The position numbers and the translations under genes were made by a program. The notes beneath the pieces are model-generated. The model was not told the origin of the DNA and made no database searches. It saw only the letters and a program-made list of their open reading frames with translations. Shown here piece after piece: positions 1 to 11,345 of a DNA stretch of 64,000 bases (the stretch's first letter is position 1; each line of letters begins with the position of its first letter). Source of the DNA: Myxococcota bacterium (lineage in GTDB: Bacteria; Myxococcota; XYA12-FULL-58-9; JABJBS01); assembly GCA_036339465.1 (NCBI GenBank), contig JAYZAY010000067.1, forward strand, positions 66,638-130,637, read 5' to 3'.

Positions 1-1203
1 GATTTCATCCTCAAGCACTTCATCCATCGTAATTTCAAAAAACTTGAACACCAAGTATTGGTATCACTTAGGCTGGGAACCTATGAACTGGTTATTAATG
101 AGAGCCACAGCCATTCTTCTGTTGATCAAGCAGTATCCTTACTGCACCCCAAGCAGAGAAAACAAAGAGGCCTCGTCAATGCCGTTTTACGCAAGGTCGC
201 TCAAGCTCAAAATAAGAATGAACTACCAAGCCCTTCTAGAGACAATCTCGAACCTTCCGAATATCGCGAAAATCGTTGGTCGCTACCGCGGTGGGTTCAG
301 ACCAAAATAAGTCCACTCCTAAGTGATGAAGAACTTGACCGATGGGCACAGTTCCAATTGACGATTCCCAAACCCGTCCTGAGAATCAACACAAATAAAA
401 CCACTGAAGAAACAATGATGAAACACTGGGAGCAGGCGGAGATTGCCCTAAAGCCCCATGCCTGTATCCCCAACGCTTTTAATCTTGTTTCCGGTGGCTT
501 CATCCAAGAATTGCCGGGATACCATAACGGCCTATGGGCAATTCAGGACCCAGCAGCTCAATTGGTAAGCCTGATGGCCCCCCTAGAGGAAGTAAAATTT
601 GCACTCGATATGTGCGCGGCTCCAGGCGGAAAAACCTGCCATCTTGCTGAGCTTCTCAAGCCTGAATCGAAAGTCTTGGCGCTCGACATCCACGAAAACA
701 AACTTGGACTCATCCAGAAAAATGTAGAGCGATTGTCTCTCAGCAATATCCTCGTCGAATCCGTAGATTCACGAGAATACGACGAGGTTTCACAGCGCCT
801 AAAAAAGCATCATTTTCCCAGTCAAGTTGATCTCATTGTCCTGGATGCACCTTGCTCGGGACTGGGTACTCTGAGGCGCAACCCCGACATAAAATGGAAA
901 CATCCCCCCCAAGGACTACCGACATTACAACGGGAACTTCTTTCTAGCGCCCATCACCTACTGCGACCTGGGGGCCACCTAATCTATGCTGTCTGCACGC
1001 CCGCGCTGGAAGAGACCGATGAGGTGGTGGGTCATTTTCTAGAAGAGTTCAAAAATTATCGAATTATCAAGCCACAAACAACGTTGCTGCGTCCATTCGT
1101 AGAAAGCTCCTCACGGTTAAATCAGCAACCGGTTGTGCGAACTTGGAGCCACCGCGATCATTGTGACTCGTTCTTCGCTGTGCTGCTCCAAAAGCTGCCA
1201 TAA
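1..1203 (+). CDS. rsmB: 16S rRNA m5C967 methyltransferase RsmB/Sun (5'-partial, runs off window start)
   Basis: Frame open from base 1 (DFILKHF...). NusB-like N-terminal remnant (LRLGTYEL...GLVNAVLRK), QD motif, DMCAAPGGKT SAM-binding motif, DAPCSGLG and YAVCT catalytic cysteines. Confidence 0.93.
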   Translation, partial: DFILKHFIHRNFKKLEHQVLVSLRLGTYELVINESHSHSSVDQAVSLLHPKQRKQRGLVNAVLRKVAQAQNKNELPSPSRDNLEPSEYRENRWSLPRWVQTKISPLLSDEELDRWAQFQLTIPKPVLRINTNKTTEETMMKHWEQAEIALKPHACIPNAFNLVSGGFIQELPGYHNGLWAIQDPAAQLVSLMAPLEEVKFALDMCAAPGGKTCHLAELLKPESKVLALDIHENKLGLIQKNVERLSLSNILVESVDSREYDEVSQRLKKHHFPSQVDLIVLDAPCSGLGTLRRNPDIKWKHPPQGLPTLQRELLSSAHHLLRPGGHLIYAVCTPALEETDEVVGHFLEEFKNYRIIKPQTTLLRPFVESSSRLNQQPVVRTWSHRDHCDSFFAVLLQKLP

Positions 1204-1262
1204 TTTTGCGCACACTTCCCCTCCCGGTTACAAATCAATATTGAGCGACCTTAGGTGAGAAT

Positions 1263-2732
1263 TTGAAAGAGAAAACAACATTAGGCATAGCGGGTGTGAT
1301 TGTCACCCTTCTCGTTTTTCTCTGCTCTGGCCGCCAAGCAGAGGCTTGGACAGTCGTTCACAACGCTGATGAAATCCTTCTCCCTCCTGCTCACGGGGCC
1401 AGGGTCTCATTAGAAACGCTTCGACTCAATGAACTCCTAAGACAACAAAAAGAAATCCCTCAGACGAAGCATTGGGTTCAGGCTCTTCGGACCGAGCGAT
1501 ATCAGAAAAGAAGTCGAGTTCATGGGGCGCTCAACAGAGCCAAGATCAACACTGAAAGCCTGCGCCATAGCCGACTATTGGACGAAACGTCCTTCGACAA
1601 GAATCTAGACAGCCTCCGAAAATACGATATCCCCATGACAAAGCACCCATGGGTCCAAAACTTCATTCGATACTTTACCGGTCCGGCGCGTAAGCATTTT
1701 CAGATTTGGTTAAATCGCTTAGCCGTTTACGCTCCAATTATGCAACCCATACTCCAAAAGCATGGATTACCAAAAGACACCATCTACCTCGCAATGATTG
1801 AAAGTGGATTAAGCTCCAGGGCCACATCCAGAGTTGGCGCGGGCGGTTTCTGGCAGTTCATGCCCTCAACCGGAAAAGAGTTCGGCCTAAAAAGAGACAA
1901 ATGGCGTGATCAACGAAGAGATTTTCTGCGCTCCACTGAAGCATCGTCGAAATTCCTGAAAAAATTAAAAAGAGATTTTGGTGAATGGTATCTCGCGTGG
2001 GCCGCTTATAATGCAGGGCCTGGTAGAGTTAGAAGAGCCCTGAAACGAACCAAAACCAAGACATTCTGGAAACTGGCGGAACACCCCAAAGGACTGCCGC
2101 GAGAAACTCGTCACTATGTTCCGAAACTCCTTGCGGCTGCCATGATTGCCAAAGACCCAACGAAATATGGATTCAAGGTCAATCCACTCCCACCATTACC
2201 TAAATATGAAACATTCGAAACCCATTATAGTATTGGCCTCACAGACATGGCCCGCTGGACAGGCTACTCCCACCAAACTCTGAAACGCCTCAACCCCGAA
2301 CTCAAGACAGATCAAACGCCACCCTATCGGTATAAATTAAGACTCCCACTTAACTCAAAGCATCTGGCGAGCGCGGGTCTAGAGAAATGGGAAGCCCTAC
2401 GAATCGGTAATTACCGGGTAAAACGGGGAGATTCTTTATTTAAAATTGCACGAAAATTTAAGACCACAATATCGGAACTTCGAGAATTAAACCCTCGTCT
2501 GCCGAAGAAACTGCTACACGTATCGACCTCTCTCAGAGTCCCAAATTACCATATCACTAAAAACCGCGTTACGAAGTCTAAGGCTAATCGAATCAAATTT
2601 TACAACGTACGAAGCGGAGATACCTTCTGGTCAATTGCCAAACGTTTCGCCACCACAGTTAGAAGCCTCAAGGAACTAAACCGACGAAAATCCAGCAGCC
2701 TCCGGATCGGCGAACAGCTTCGACTCTTCTAG
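1263..2732 (+). CDS. MltD-like lytic murein transglycosylase (SLT domain plus LysM repeats)
   Basis: Signal peptide; AMIES catalytic Glu; GFWQFM, AAYNAG and ETRHYVPK motifs; C-terminal LysM repeats YRVKRGDSL and YNVRSGDTF. TTG start. Confidence 0.9.
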   Translation: MKEKTTLGIAGVIVTLLVFLCSGRQAEAWTVVHNADEILLPPAHGARVSLETLRLNELLRQQKEIPQTKHWVQALRTERYQKRSRVHGALNRAKINTESLRHSRLLDETSFDKNLDSLRKYDIPMTKHPWVQNFIRYFTGPARKHFQIWLNRLAVYAPIMQPILQKHGLPKDTIYLAMIESGLSSRATSRVGAGGFWQFMPSTGKEFGLKRDKWRDQRRDFLRSTEASSKFLKKLKRDFGEWYLAWAAYNAGPGRVRRALKRTKTKTFWKLAEHPKGLPRETRHYVPKLLAAAMIAKDPTKYGFKVNPLPPLPKYETFETHYSIGLTDMARWTGYSHQTLKRLNPELKTDQTPPYRYKLRLPLNSKHLASAGLEKWEALRIGNYRVKRGDSLFKIARKFKTTISELRELNPRLPKKLLHVSTSLRVPNYHITKNRVTKSKANRIKFYNVRSGDTFWSIAKRFATTVRSLKELNRRKSSSLRIGEQLRLF

Positions 2733-2741
2733 CAAAAACGA

Positions 2742-2770
2742 TTGCACATCTTACCACAAGCCGTTAACTC
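2742..2770 (+). promoter_or_regulatory. Candidate sigma70-type promoter for the aldehyde dehydrogenase
   Basis: TTGCAC-N17-TAACTC in the intergenic gap. Confidence 0.35.
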
Positions 2771-2841
2771 TATGCTCCCAATGTTTTCCACTGCCAAATG
2801 TGAAACGAATATTGGAATGTACCGAGTCTAAGGAGCATAGC

Positions 2842-4551
2842 ATGGCATCACCGGTTTTCCCTGAACCGCCCGAATCCGTCCCCCCTACGCCCATCGATAA
2901 GGTGGAAATGATTGTTCAAGATATGGCCCCTCAAAAAACCGTTTGGGTTCATCTCTCGGTTGGCGAGCGGATCCGGCTCCTAGAGCAATGTATTGAGAAT
3001 ACCCGACAAGTGGCCAAGGAATGGGTGGAGGCTGTATGCGATGCCAAAGGACTGGCCCAAGGGGATGCAATTACAGGAGAGGCCTGGTTTTCTGGCCCCG
3101 TAACGACAATCCGAAACATGCGGCTACTGATTGATACCCTGAAGCACAACGGCCAACCACAAGCGCCGGGTTCTTGGTTCCGTCCAAATGGCCAACATGT
3201 AGCACAGGTATTTCCCTACGAAGTTTATGATAAGATACTCTTCAGCGGTATCACTGCTGAAGTATGGCTTAAACCGGGGCATCCAAGTACCCAGGGAAAA
3301 ATATACAGAGAAAAACTTCAAGGTATCTTCGGAGAGGGTGGGCTGAGTCTCGTTTTAGGAGCAGGAAATATAACGTCCATTGGCCCCATGGATGCCTTGC
3401 ATAAACTGTACGTAGAAGACAAAATTGTTATTCTCAAAACAAATCCGGTTAACGCTTATGTTGGCGAAATAATAGAACGAGCATTCGCCCCTCTGGTAGC
3501 ACGGAAGTTTTTCGCTGTGGTTCACGGCGGAGCTGATGTTGGGCAATATCTTTGCCGTCACAAAGAGATATCAAGTATCCATGTCACCGGTTCCGATAAA
3601 ACCCATGATGCCATCGTTTGGGGCCCTGACGACAAAAAACAACAGGAGCGCAAGCAAAAGAAAAAACCGGTTCTCGATAAACCAATTACCTCTGAATTAG
3701 GCTGCGTGACTCCCGTATTTGTCGTTCCGGGACCTTGGACCCAAAAGGAACTTCACTACCAAGCCCAGCACGTGGTCTCCATGGTAACGCACAATGCGTC
3801 ATTCAATTGCAATGCCGCAAAGATCCTAGTCACAGCTTCTGGGTGGGAACTACGGGATTCATTTCTTCACTTAGTGCAGGAGTATCTCGCGGACGCGCCT
3901 GCCCGTAAAGCATATTACCCTGGAGCACAAGACCGCTTCGAAGGATTCCTCAAAGCGTATCCAGAGGCTCGGAAGCTCGGAAAAGAATATGAACATGTCG
4001 TTCCTTGGACATTCATCCCCGACGTCTCACCCAGGAAAGGTGAGTACGCACTCACCAATGAGGCGTTCTGTGGAGTGGTTGCACAAATGGACATTGATGC
4101 GACGTCCGCCGATGACTTCCTCGAAAAAGCAACCCAATTCGCAAATGAAGGCATTTGGGGAACGCTATCCTGCTCCATGCTAATCCACCCAGAAACAGAA
4201 AAACGTTATCCCCACGCCTTCGACCAGGCAGTTTCCCATCTAAAATACGGTGGCATCGGGATCAATGTGTGGCCCGGTCTGATTTATGGCTTGGTCGTAA
4301 CAACCTGGGGCGCCTATCCTTGCCATTCACTCGACGACGTCGGTTCCGGCATCGGTGTCGTTCACAACTCGTTTCTCTTTGACCACCCTGAAAAATCAGT
4401 TGTTCGAGCACCCTTTCAGATTAAACCCAAACCGGTATGGTTCTATAACCACCGGACCTTGTCTCATGTTGCAGAGGCAATGATGCATTTCGAAAGCGCC
4501 CCTTCTCCAATAAAACTACCAAAAATTATTATTCCTGCACTGGCTGGTTAA
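2842..4551 (+). CDS. Aldehyde dehydrogenase family protein
   Basis: LKTNPVN, HVTGS (Rossmann), SELGCV (catalytic Glu), FNCNA (catalytic Cys), EAFC. Start moved to ATG 2842 after AAGGAG SD. Confidence 0.88.
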   Translation: MASPVFPEPPESVPPTPIDKVEMIVQDMAPQKTVWVHLSVGERIRLLEQCIENTRQVAKEWVEAVCDAKGLAQGDAITGEAWFSGPVTTIRNMRLLIDTLKHNGQPQAPGSWFRPNGQHVAQVFPYEVYDKILFSGITAEVWLKPGHPSTQGKIYREKLQGIFGEGGLSLVLGAGNITSIGPMDALHKLYVEDKIVILKTNPVNAYVGEIIERAFAPLVARKFFAVVHGGADVGQYLCRHKEISSIHVTGSDKTHDAIVWGPDDKKQQERKQKKKPVLDKPITSELGCVTPVFVVPGPWTQKELHYQAQHVVSMVTHNASFNCNAAKILVTASGWELRDSFLHLVQEYLADAPARKAYYPGAQDRFEGFLKAYPEARKLGKEYEHVVPWTFIPDVSPRKGEYALTNEAFCGVVAQMDIDATSADDFLEKATQFANEGIWGTLSCSMLIHPETEKRYPHAFDQAVSHLKYGGIGINVWPGLIYGLVVTTWGAYPCHSLDDVGSGIGVVHNSFLFDHPEKSVVRAPFQIKPKPVWFYNHRTLSHVAEAMMHFESAPSPIKLPKIIIPALAG

Positions 4552-4561
4552 TTGGCCATGA

Positions 4562-4587
4562 GGCATCAGGGCATCAGGGCATTAGGG
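4562..4587 (+). repeat. Tandem octamer GGCATCAG x2 + GGCATTAG
   Basis: Directly visible between the convergent ALDH and yeaH stops. Confidence 0.8.
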
Positions 4588-4613
4588 AAAAGAGAAATTA
4601 GAATAATGTCTAA

Positions 4614-5732
4614 TCAGTGCCCATCCCCAAGAAAATCTTTGATCGAGTCGCAGATGGCGTCCTTGTTCGGAATTTCGCTCGTGACCACTTTTTCACTGTC
4701 GCGGAATCTCTCTCTGAGATCTTTGATAAATTGGCCTGAGCCGTAGGGGCTCTCCACTTGACCGTAGCAAAACATATTTGACACCGGCATAAGTCGATCG
4801 CGCAATAAGTCGAGGCAGATTCTCGTATCATCTGCGGACCAATTGTCGCCATCGGAAAAATGAAATGGATAAATGTTCCAGTCTTCTACCGGATAATCTG
4901 CAGATACCATATCAGCACACAGTCGATACGCACTTGAGATCATCGTCCCGCCCGATTCCCGCGTCCGAAAGAATGTATCCCGGTCCACCTCTTTGGCCAT
5001 GGCATCGTGAATAATAAAGCGAGTCTCAAGGCCTTTATACTGGGAGCGTAGCCAGGTATCTATCCAGAAGGATTCAATACGTACAATCTCCTTTTGCTCT
5101 TCTCCCATACTCCCAGAAACATCCATCATATAAATAATAACAGCGTTGGTTTGGGGGTTGTCGATCACTTTCCAGGAACGATAGCGTTTGTCTTCCCTAC
5201 TCGGTATGATGATAGGATTGTCTGCGTTATAATTACCGGTGGCAATTTGCCGTCGTAAGGCCCGCTTGTACGTTCGTTTAAAATGTCTAAGGGATTCTGG
5301 GCCTGCAGTCTGAATTCCCGTGTAACGGATATTCGACGAACTGATTTTATCCATCCCTTTGGGCTCAATCCTTGGAAGCTCCAGGGTCTCGCCAAGCATC
5401 TGCGCCAGTTCTTCAAAGGTAACCTCGACTTCGAGACCGTGGTCATCACTGGGATCACCCCCAGCCTCGTGTCCATGGCCATCCCCTTGCCCAACATTGC
5501 CCGGCTGCAAAACATCTCCGATTTCACCGGGTCCTTGCCCGACCCCACCGGTATCTCGATGGTCAAATTGAAAATGCGGCAATTCAATTTGAGGAACAGG
5601 AATGGAAATCGTGTCCTTACCTTGTTTACCAAGCATCTCCCCTTCACTGATATACTTCTTAAGATTGTCGCGAATCTTCCCTCGAATAATCTCGCGAAAA
5701 CGCCCGTGGTCTTTATGGATCTTCAATGCCAT
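4614..5732 (-). CDS. yeaH: YeaH/YhbH (DUF444) family protein with vWA-like MIDAS
   Basis: [10 protein letters not shown]-terminus, Gly-rich GQG linker, [21 protein letters not shown]; lies downstream of prkA. Confidence 0.92.
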   Translation of the reverse strand: MALKIHKDHGRFREIIRGKIRDNLKKYISEGEMLGKQGKDTISIPVPQIELPHFQFDHRDTGGVGQGPGEIGDVLQPGNVGQGDGHGHEAGGDPSDDHGLEVEVTFEELAQMLGETLELPRIEPKGMDKISSSNIRYTGIQTAGPESLRHFKRTYKRALRRQIATGNYNADNPIIIPSREDKRYRSWKVIDNPQTNAVIIYMMDVSGSMGEEQKEIVRIESFWIDTWLRSQYKGLETRFIIHDAMAKEVDRDTFFRTRESGGTMISSAYRLCADMVSADYPVEDWNIYPFHFSDGDNWSADDTRICLDLLRDRLMPVSNMFCYGQVESPYGSGQFIKDLRERFRDSEKVVTSEIPNKDAICDSIKDFLGDGH

Positions 5733-5747
5733 TCTCCCCTCATCTTA

Positions 5748-6422
5748 TCATACTCGATGGTAACTCATCCAGACACCAACCCTCTCTAATACCTCCAAAA
5801 GAACTTCATCATCCTCAGTCAGAACGTGCTGATTGGCAACCGCCCTTGCTAAAAGTCCCACTTCTCCACGTCCTAGGTGCTCAGAAAGCGCTGACTCTTT
5901 CAATAATCGTTCAAATTCACTCGGCAGCAGCGACAAAAGTAGGGCGAGAACGAATGGAGCACCTAAACTCTCCCCTGCACCAAGATTTCTATACGCCGCT
6001 TGTGCTTGCTCGATTCCCTCCTCGATTGAGATGCCCAGAGGCTGCGTATCAACTTCGTCACTATCCTCGTACTTTCCTCCTAAAAGTGTTTCGGGTAGCT
6101 CAGGCCAGGCAGGTAGGGGTGGTAAATGTAATTGTTGGCCCAAACGATCAAGATCGCGGTGCAGAGCCAAACTTGCTTCTTTTCTAAGGCGCGGCTTCGG
6201 CAATCGGGCGACCCGCACAAAAACCTTCCAGAGGTGAAAGCCATCTTTGGCCGCCAACGATTCAGGGGGAACCAATTCCTCACCCAAATTCACGAGGGTC
6301 TTGGTTACCGACACGACTGAGTCGGGTGATGCACAAACCACCCTGGAAGCAATGGCATAGAGCTTCAAGACCTCAAAAGCATCATCTGGACGCTTCGGCT
6401 TAAACAGTTCCGTTGCCATCAT
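5748..6422 (-). CDS. Hypothetical helical protein between prkA and yeaH
   Basis: 224-aa ORF with a GGAG SD, co-oriented, ending 15 nt before yeaH; no recognisable motif. Confidence 0.75.
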   Translation of the reverse strand: MMATELFKPKRPDDAFEVLKLYAIASRVVCASPDSVVSVTKTLVNLGEELVPPESLAAKDGFHLWKVFVRVARLPKPRLRKEASLALHRDLDRLGQQLHLPPLPAWPELPETLLGGKYEDSDEVDTQPLGISIEEGIEQAQAAYRNLGAGESLGAPFVLALLLSLLPSEFERLLKESALSEHLGRGEVGLLARAVANQHVLTEDDEVLLEVLERVGVWMSYHRV

Positions 6423-6514
6423 GCTCCATCAACAATGCCTGCCCCACAACCGAGAGCTTAAAAGGAAAACAGAATCAGATTTTCCATAAATCAACCCAGA
6501 CGTCCAATTCTATT

Positions 6515-8548
6515 TTACGACTCCTTGGCATCTCCACGCGCAAATATCGATGCCACAAAATTCAAAACATCGGTGGCCGAAACGTCGTCATAACCGTAAT
6601 TGCGAATCATCCTTTGTTTAACAACATCGATTTTCTCTTGAGTCTCACGATCAACGACATTCGAAACAAGGGTACTCAGTTTGATAGAATCCTTTTGGTC
6701 CTCAAAAAGCTTTAACTCCAGTGCTCGATGCAGACGTTCGTTCGTTCGATAATCAAAGGTTTTACCTTCAACCGCGAGTGCACCGATATAGTTCATTATC
6801 TCACGCCGAAAATCATCTTTACGGCTTTCTGCAACGTCTATCTTGGCTTCGATTGACCGCATCAATCTTTCATCGGGTTCTTCGAATTGACCGGTGTATT
6901 TATTCTTGACACGCTCTTTTTGGGTATAGGCCTTTACGTTATCAATATAATTCGCGCAAAGTTTACTGAGTGCTTCTTCATCGGCACTAATGGCACGCTG
7001 AACCTCACTCTTAACGATCTCTTCGTACTCTTGCTTAACTTCCGATACAATTTCTTTATAACGGTCACGATCCTTATCATTCGTCACCAGCGAATGTGAA
7101 AACAGGCCAGACTCCAATTCATTTAAGAGAAGAAATGGATTGATACACCCCTCTGCTTTATCCGATACCAATGCATTTGAGATTTTGTCCTGAATATATC
7201 GAGGACTCACGCCATGCATACCCTCATTCGAGCCTTCCTTACGCAGCTCAATAATACTGTCTTCAGTGAAACCCGGTAACGTCTTCCCGTTATAAAGCTT
7301 AAGCTTCTGAACTAAGGTTAGATTGTGTCTTGTGGGTTGTTCAAGCCGCGTAGCCACCGCCCACATTGCCGCCATCTCAAGGGTGTGGGGAGCAATGTGG
7401 ATTCCGCCCTTAACCCGCTTTTGTGCAAAGCTCTTCTCATAAATTTTCTGTTCCTCAGACAAACGCGTGATATAGGGAATATCTATTTTGACTGTCCGGT
7501 CACGAAGGGCCTCCATAAATTCATTGTTGAGAAGCTTCTGATATTCCGCCTCATTCGTATGACCAATAATCACTTCATCGATATCGGTTTGAGCGAATTT
7601 CTTCGGTTTAATCTTGTGCTCTTGAGAAGCTCCCAGAAGGTCATAAAGAAACGCCACATCGAGTTTCAACATCTCGATAAACTCGATAATTCCACGATTC
7701 GCAACTTGAAACTCACCGTCGAAATTAAACGCCCTAGGATCTGACTCCGAGCCATAAACGGCAATTTTTCGATAATTAATGTCGCCAGTAAGCTCAGTTG
7801 AATCCTGGTTTTTCTCGTCTTTCGGTTGAAAAGTTCCAATTCCAATGCGGTCTTTTTCAGACAAGATCAGTCTCTTAACCCTCACGTGTTGAAGAACCTT
7901 GGCAAGCTCACCGCCATAAACTTCCATCAACTTCCGCATGACAAAACGGCAAGATGGATTGAGCTCACCCTCAACATTCACGGTGTCGGGATCGATACCA
8001 ATTCCCTTCAAAGCCTCGATACGGAAGGCCAATGGGATCACATGCAGGGGTTCGCCGTTTAGTGGCGAATGGATGGTCTGATCATCTTCGAAGGGTAAAT
8101 CAATCCACTCATAGGTGTAGAGCGCACCTTCCGGTTTTTTAGAGTAAGCTTCGAGTCCTTTCTTGAGTAACCTCGCTATGGTTGACTTGGAACTACCAAC
8201 AGGACCGTGTAGTAGAATGACACGCTTCTCAGTTCCATACCCATAGGCAGCACTCTTAAAAACATTCACCAATCTCATCAATGGAATATCAAGGCCATAA
8301 ACACTATCCACTCCAGCGTTCGTTGGATCATCAAAGAACGGGTAATGCACAAGCTTCTTTTTCGCATCGATGTATTCTTCCCGGCCATACGACATAATCA
8401 TATCGTAAATCCGCTGATATGCATTCCGGGTAATTTTCGGATTCTCTTTTACGAGATCGAGATACTCCTCAAAAGTCCCCGTCCAATGGTGATCTAGGAA
8501 TTCTTCCTGGTTGTGGTACGAAGCCAGCTTTTCAATAACCGAACTCAT
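6515..8548 (-). CDS. prkA: PrkA/YeaG AAA+ family serine protein kinase
   Basis: Walker [57 protein letters not shown]. Confidence 0.95.
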   Translation of the reverse strand: MSSVIEKLASYHNQEEFLDHHWTGTFEEYLDLVKENPKITRNAYQRIYDMIMSYGREEYIDAKKKLVHYPFFDDPTNAGVDSVYGLDIPLMRLVNVFKSAAYGYGTEKRVILLHGPVGSSKSTIARLLKKGLEAYSKKPEGALYTYEWIDLPFEDDQTIHSPLNGEPLHVIPLAFRIEALKGIGIDPDTVNVEGELNPSCRFVMRKLMEVYGGELAKVLQHVRVKRLILSEKDRIGIGTFQPKDEKNQDSTELTGDINYRKIAVYGSESDPRAFNFDGEFQVANRGIIEFIEMLKLDVAFLYDLLGASQEHKIKPKKFAQTDIDEVIIGHTNEAEYQKLLNNEFMEALRDRTVKIDIPYITRLSEEQKIYEKSFAQKRVKGGIHIAPHTLEMAAMWAVATRLEQPTRHNLTLVQKLKLYNGKTLPGFTEDSIIELRKEGSNEGMHGVSPRYIQDKISNALVSDKAEGCINPFLLLNELESGLFSHSLVTNDKDRDRYKEIVSEVKQEYEEIVKSEVQRAISADEEALSKLCANYIDNVKAYTQKERVKNKYTGQFEEPDERLMRSIEAKIDVAESRKDDFRREIMNYIGALAVEGKTFDYRTNERLHRALELKLFEDQKDSIKLSTLVSNVVDRETQEKIDVVKQRMIRNYGYDDVSATDVLNFVASIFARGDAKES

Positions 8549-8593
8549 TTTAAGCCTCCATTTGCGCAGGCTTTAAAGCTACCACCGGCCCGA

Positions 8594-8638
8594 GTTAGGA
8601 ACAAGTCACCTTCGTGAGCCCCTATTCTCGTCCCCAAC
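8594..8638 (-). promoter_or_regulatory. Predicted stem-loop in the prkA 5' leader
   Basis: GUUGGGGACGAG pairs with CUUGUUCCUAAC (12 bp including 4 G-U) around an inner UCAC-GAAG-GUGA hairpin. Confidence 0.45.
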
Positions 8639-8769
8639 AATTACGGTTACTTAGTAAAATATGATAACCCAAAAATTCACTGTCTTCCCCGTGCATCAAA
8701 ACCGCCAGTGAAACCCAAGTCGATCAAAGCCCCATTTTATTAGCCCACGAGCTTTTTACTGCGGAGAAA

Positions 8770-10872
8770 TCAGTAACGAGCGAGAGTCTGAATTCCGTGT
8801 AAAACATCGTAGACTTGAGGAAGAATCTCGGCTTCCAAAACAGGATGATAACCAACGAAGGTATCCTTGGAAGCAACCCTCTGTACCGGGCCATCTAAAT
8901 ACTCAAAAAGCTCATCACCAATTCGGGCCGCTATCTCCGAGCCAGATCCCCAGCTAAGAGAGTCTTCATACACCACCAGCGCCTTCCCTGTTTTCTTCAC
9001 ACTTTCAGCAATCGCTTCCCAGTCGTATGGACTAATCGTCCTAAGATCTAAGACCTCAACGTCGATACCTTCCTTGGCTGCTTGAACGACTGCATCCATA
9101 CTCCGCTTCACCAGTGCTCCATAGGTAATCAAAGTTAAATCCGTTCCCTCCTTGATACGACTTGCCTGGCCGAACGGAATCATAAAGTCTGCCCCTGGAT
9201 ATGGAGCGCGGTTGTAGGTTTGGCGATACAGATGCTTGTGCTCTAAAAAGAGAACTGGATCCTCGCACCTTATTGCTGTTCTCAAAAGCCCATTGGCATC
9301 CAAAGCATTTGAAGGTAAGCAAACGCGTAAGCCTGGAATGTGCGTAAAGATCGATTCTCCGGTTTGGGAATGGTAAATAGCCCCTCCCTTGAGATAACCA
9401 CCATAGGTGGTTCGAATCACAACCGGACAGGAAAACGCATTGTTCGAACGCCACCGCATCAGAGCCAATTCGCTGCGGATCTGCATCATCGCGGGGTAAA
9501 TATAATCAAAGAACTGGATTTCAACCACCGGCTTGATTCCCAAAACCGCCATGCCCACAGCCCGCCCAATAATATTGGCCTCCGCCAGAGGTGAATTGAA
9601 AACGCGCTCGGCACCAAACCGTTTCTGTAGACCATGTGTTACTTTGAAAACTCCACCCTTTCCCTTGACCTCCTTGAGACTCTCCTCACGAGACGCATCC
9701 GCAATATCTTCCCCAAAAACCACAATTCGTGGATTTCGCTCCATTTCGTCCCGTATACAGTCGTTGATAAGCTCAACCACCGTCCTGGGTTCTCCTTCAA
9801 ATTCAGCCTCAGTTGAAAAGGCATCTGATGTTGGATCAACATCGGGAGAATACACAAAAAGCTCCGCGCTCTCTCGTTTTGGAGGTTCGGCGGCTAAGGC
9901 CACTTCTTTCGCTTCTTGTAACAAGCGACTCACTCTTTGTTCAGTCTCCACGAGTTCTGTTTCGCTAACACCATGTTCTTCTTTCAGGCGTTGACGATAA
10001 ACGCGAATTGGGTCGTCTTTCGCCTGCTGGGCAAGTTCTTCTTTCGTACGATAAAGTCGTTCGTCATCTGACATCGAATGAGAATAAGGACGTACAACGT
10101 GCGCATGAAGCAACACTGGCCCCTTTCGAGCTCGAGCATACGCTACAGCCCTGTGCCAATTTTCGAGACTTTCTTCAGGATCGCAGCCATCAAATTCTAG
10201 AATCAGTAAGTTCGGAAATGAGGCGACCATTTTCGAAATAGAGCCGCCCGCAGTCTGAACCTCCACTGGCACTGAAATCGCATAACCATTATCTTGAATA
10301 TGAAAGAGAACTGGGAGCTTCTCATTACAAGCCGTTTTTAATGCTTCGTAAAACTCGCCTTGGCTTGTTGTCCCATCACCGGCGGAAACATAAACAACTG
10401 CATCATCAGACGTCACCGGTTGTGACTCTAATTTCTGCATTTTTACACAAGCTTCAGCACAGCCAACTGCATTTAAAAACTGAGTGCCCGTCGGGCTTGA
10501 AGAGGAAACAATGTTATAGGATTTATGTCCCCAATGAGAAGGCATCTGACGCCCTCCCGAGGCAGGATCCGCAGCCGCTCCGACCGACTGAAGTAACATT
10601 TCAGTCGGTGTTACCCCGAGACCAAGACACAAAGCACGGTCGCGATAGTATGTAAAAGACCAATCATATCCCGGCCTCAATAATCTTGAGGCGGCAACTT
10701 GAGTCGCTTCGTGACCAGCGCCAGAAATCTGAAAAAAGACGTGATTCTGTCGCTTAAGTTGAATTTCTAAGTCATCCAACCCGCGGCTTTGAACCATTAA
10801 TTGAAAAATTTCCAGACGGTCTGCGAGGGTTAATCCCGCTGGCGATTCATTTAGTCTCTCGATACTTGCCAT
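8770..10872 (-). CDS. 2-oxo acid (branched-chain-type) dehydrogenase E1, fused alpha/beta subunits
   Basis: [14 protein letters not shown], ThDP motif GDG...[35 protein letters not shown]. Start moved to ATG 10872 with GGAG SD. Confidence 0.92.
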   Translation of the reverse strand: MASIERLNESPAGLTLADRLEIFQLMVQSRGLDDLEIQLKRQNHVFFQISGAGHEATQVAASRLLRPGYDWSFTYYRDRALCLGLGVTPTEMLLQSVGAAADPASGGRQMPSHWGHKSYNIVSSSSPTGTQFLNAVGCAEACVKMQKLESQPVTSDDAVVYVSAGDGTTSQGEFYEALKTACNEKLPVLFHIQDNGYAISVPVEVQTAGGSISKMVASFPNLLILEFDGCDPEESLENWHRAVAYARARKGPVLLHAHVVRPYSHSMSDDERLYRTKEELAQQAKDDPIRVYRQRLKEEHGVSETELVETEQRVSRLLQEAKEVALAAEPPKRESAELFVYSPDVDPTSDAFSTEAEFEGEPRTVVELINDCIRDEMERNPRIVVFGEDIADASREESLKEVKGKGGVFKVTHGLQKRFGAERVFNSPLAEANIIGRAVGMAVLGIKPVVEIQFFDYIYPAMMQIRSELALMRWRSNNAFSCPVVIRTTYGGYLKGGAIYHSQTGESIFTHIPGLRVCLPSNALDANGLLRTAIRCEDPVLFLEHKHLYRQTYNRAPYPGADFMIPFGQASRIKEGTDLTLITYGALVKRSMDAVVQAAKEGIDVEVLDLRTISPYDWEAIAESVKKTGKALVVYEDSLSWGSGSEIAARIGDELFEYLDGPVQRVASKDTFVGYHPVLEAEILPQVYDVLHGIQTLARY

Positions 10873-11113
10873 GGCCACTCCGTAACAATCAATGGAAAAT
10901 TGTACCAGGGAAAAGCCTTCGAAATAAGGGGCATTTCTGTGACACAGTGCGGAAACAATGGCCAAAATTGGACAGTCCTCGCTGCCAGAACCCATTTATT
11001 CCAGTGGCTTCGGTGAGAGCAATAAACGTACTTATCGCGATCAACTTCTGCGCATTCTGGCAAAAAGTCCTTAAAACGAGCCTATTGGAACCGACCCTCC
11101 CTGGGGTTCCAGA

Positions 11114-11345
11114 GGGCAAGCGCACAAGAAAGCGAGTCCCCTCAGCTACGGTACTTTTGCAGGCAACCATTCCGTCATGAAAATTCACAAAAATCTAAAC
11201 GACTGCCAAACCTAAACCTCTTTCTCCACAAACGAAATGCTGGTGATTTTCAACCAGGTAAAACATTTGAAAAACAGGCCCTTGCTCCACTCGAAGCGAT
11301 TCCAATTCCCATAATCGACGACCAAGGATTCGGTCCAATGGTCAT
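11114..11345 (-). pseudogene. Decayed sensor histidine kinase (HATPase_c remnant)
   Basis: Stitching two +1 frameshifts and one TAG gives VVDYGIGIAS-VEQGPVFQMFYLVENHQHFVCGERGLGLAVV*IFVNFHDGMVACKSTVAEGTRFLVRLP, i.e. G1, F and G2 boxes plus the typical C-terminus. Confidence 0.8.
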
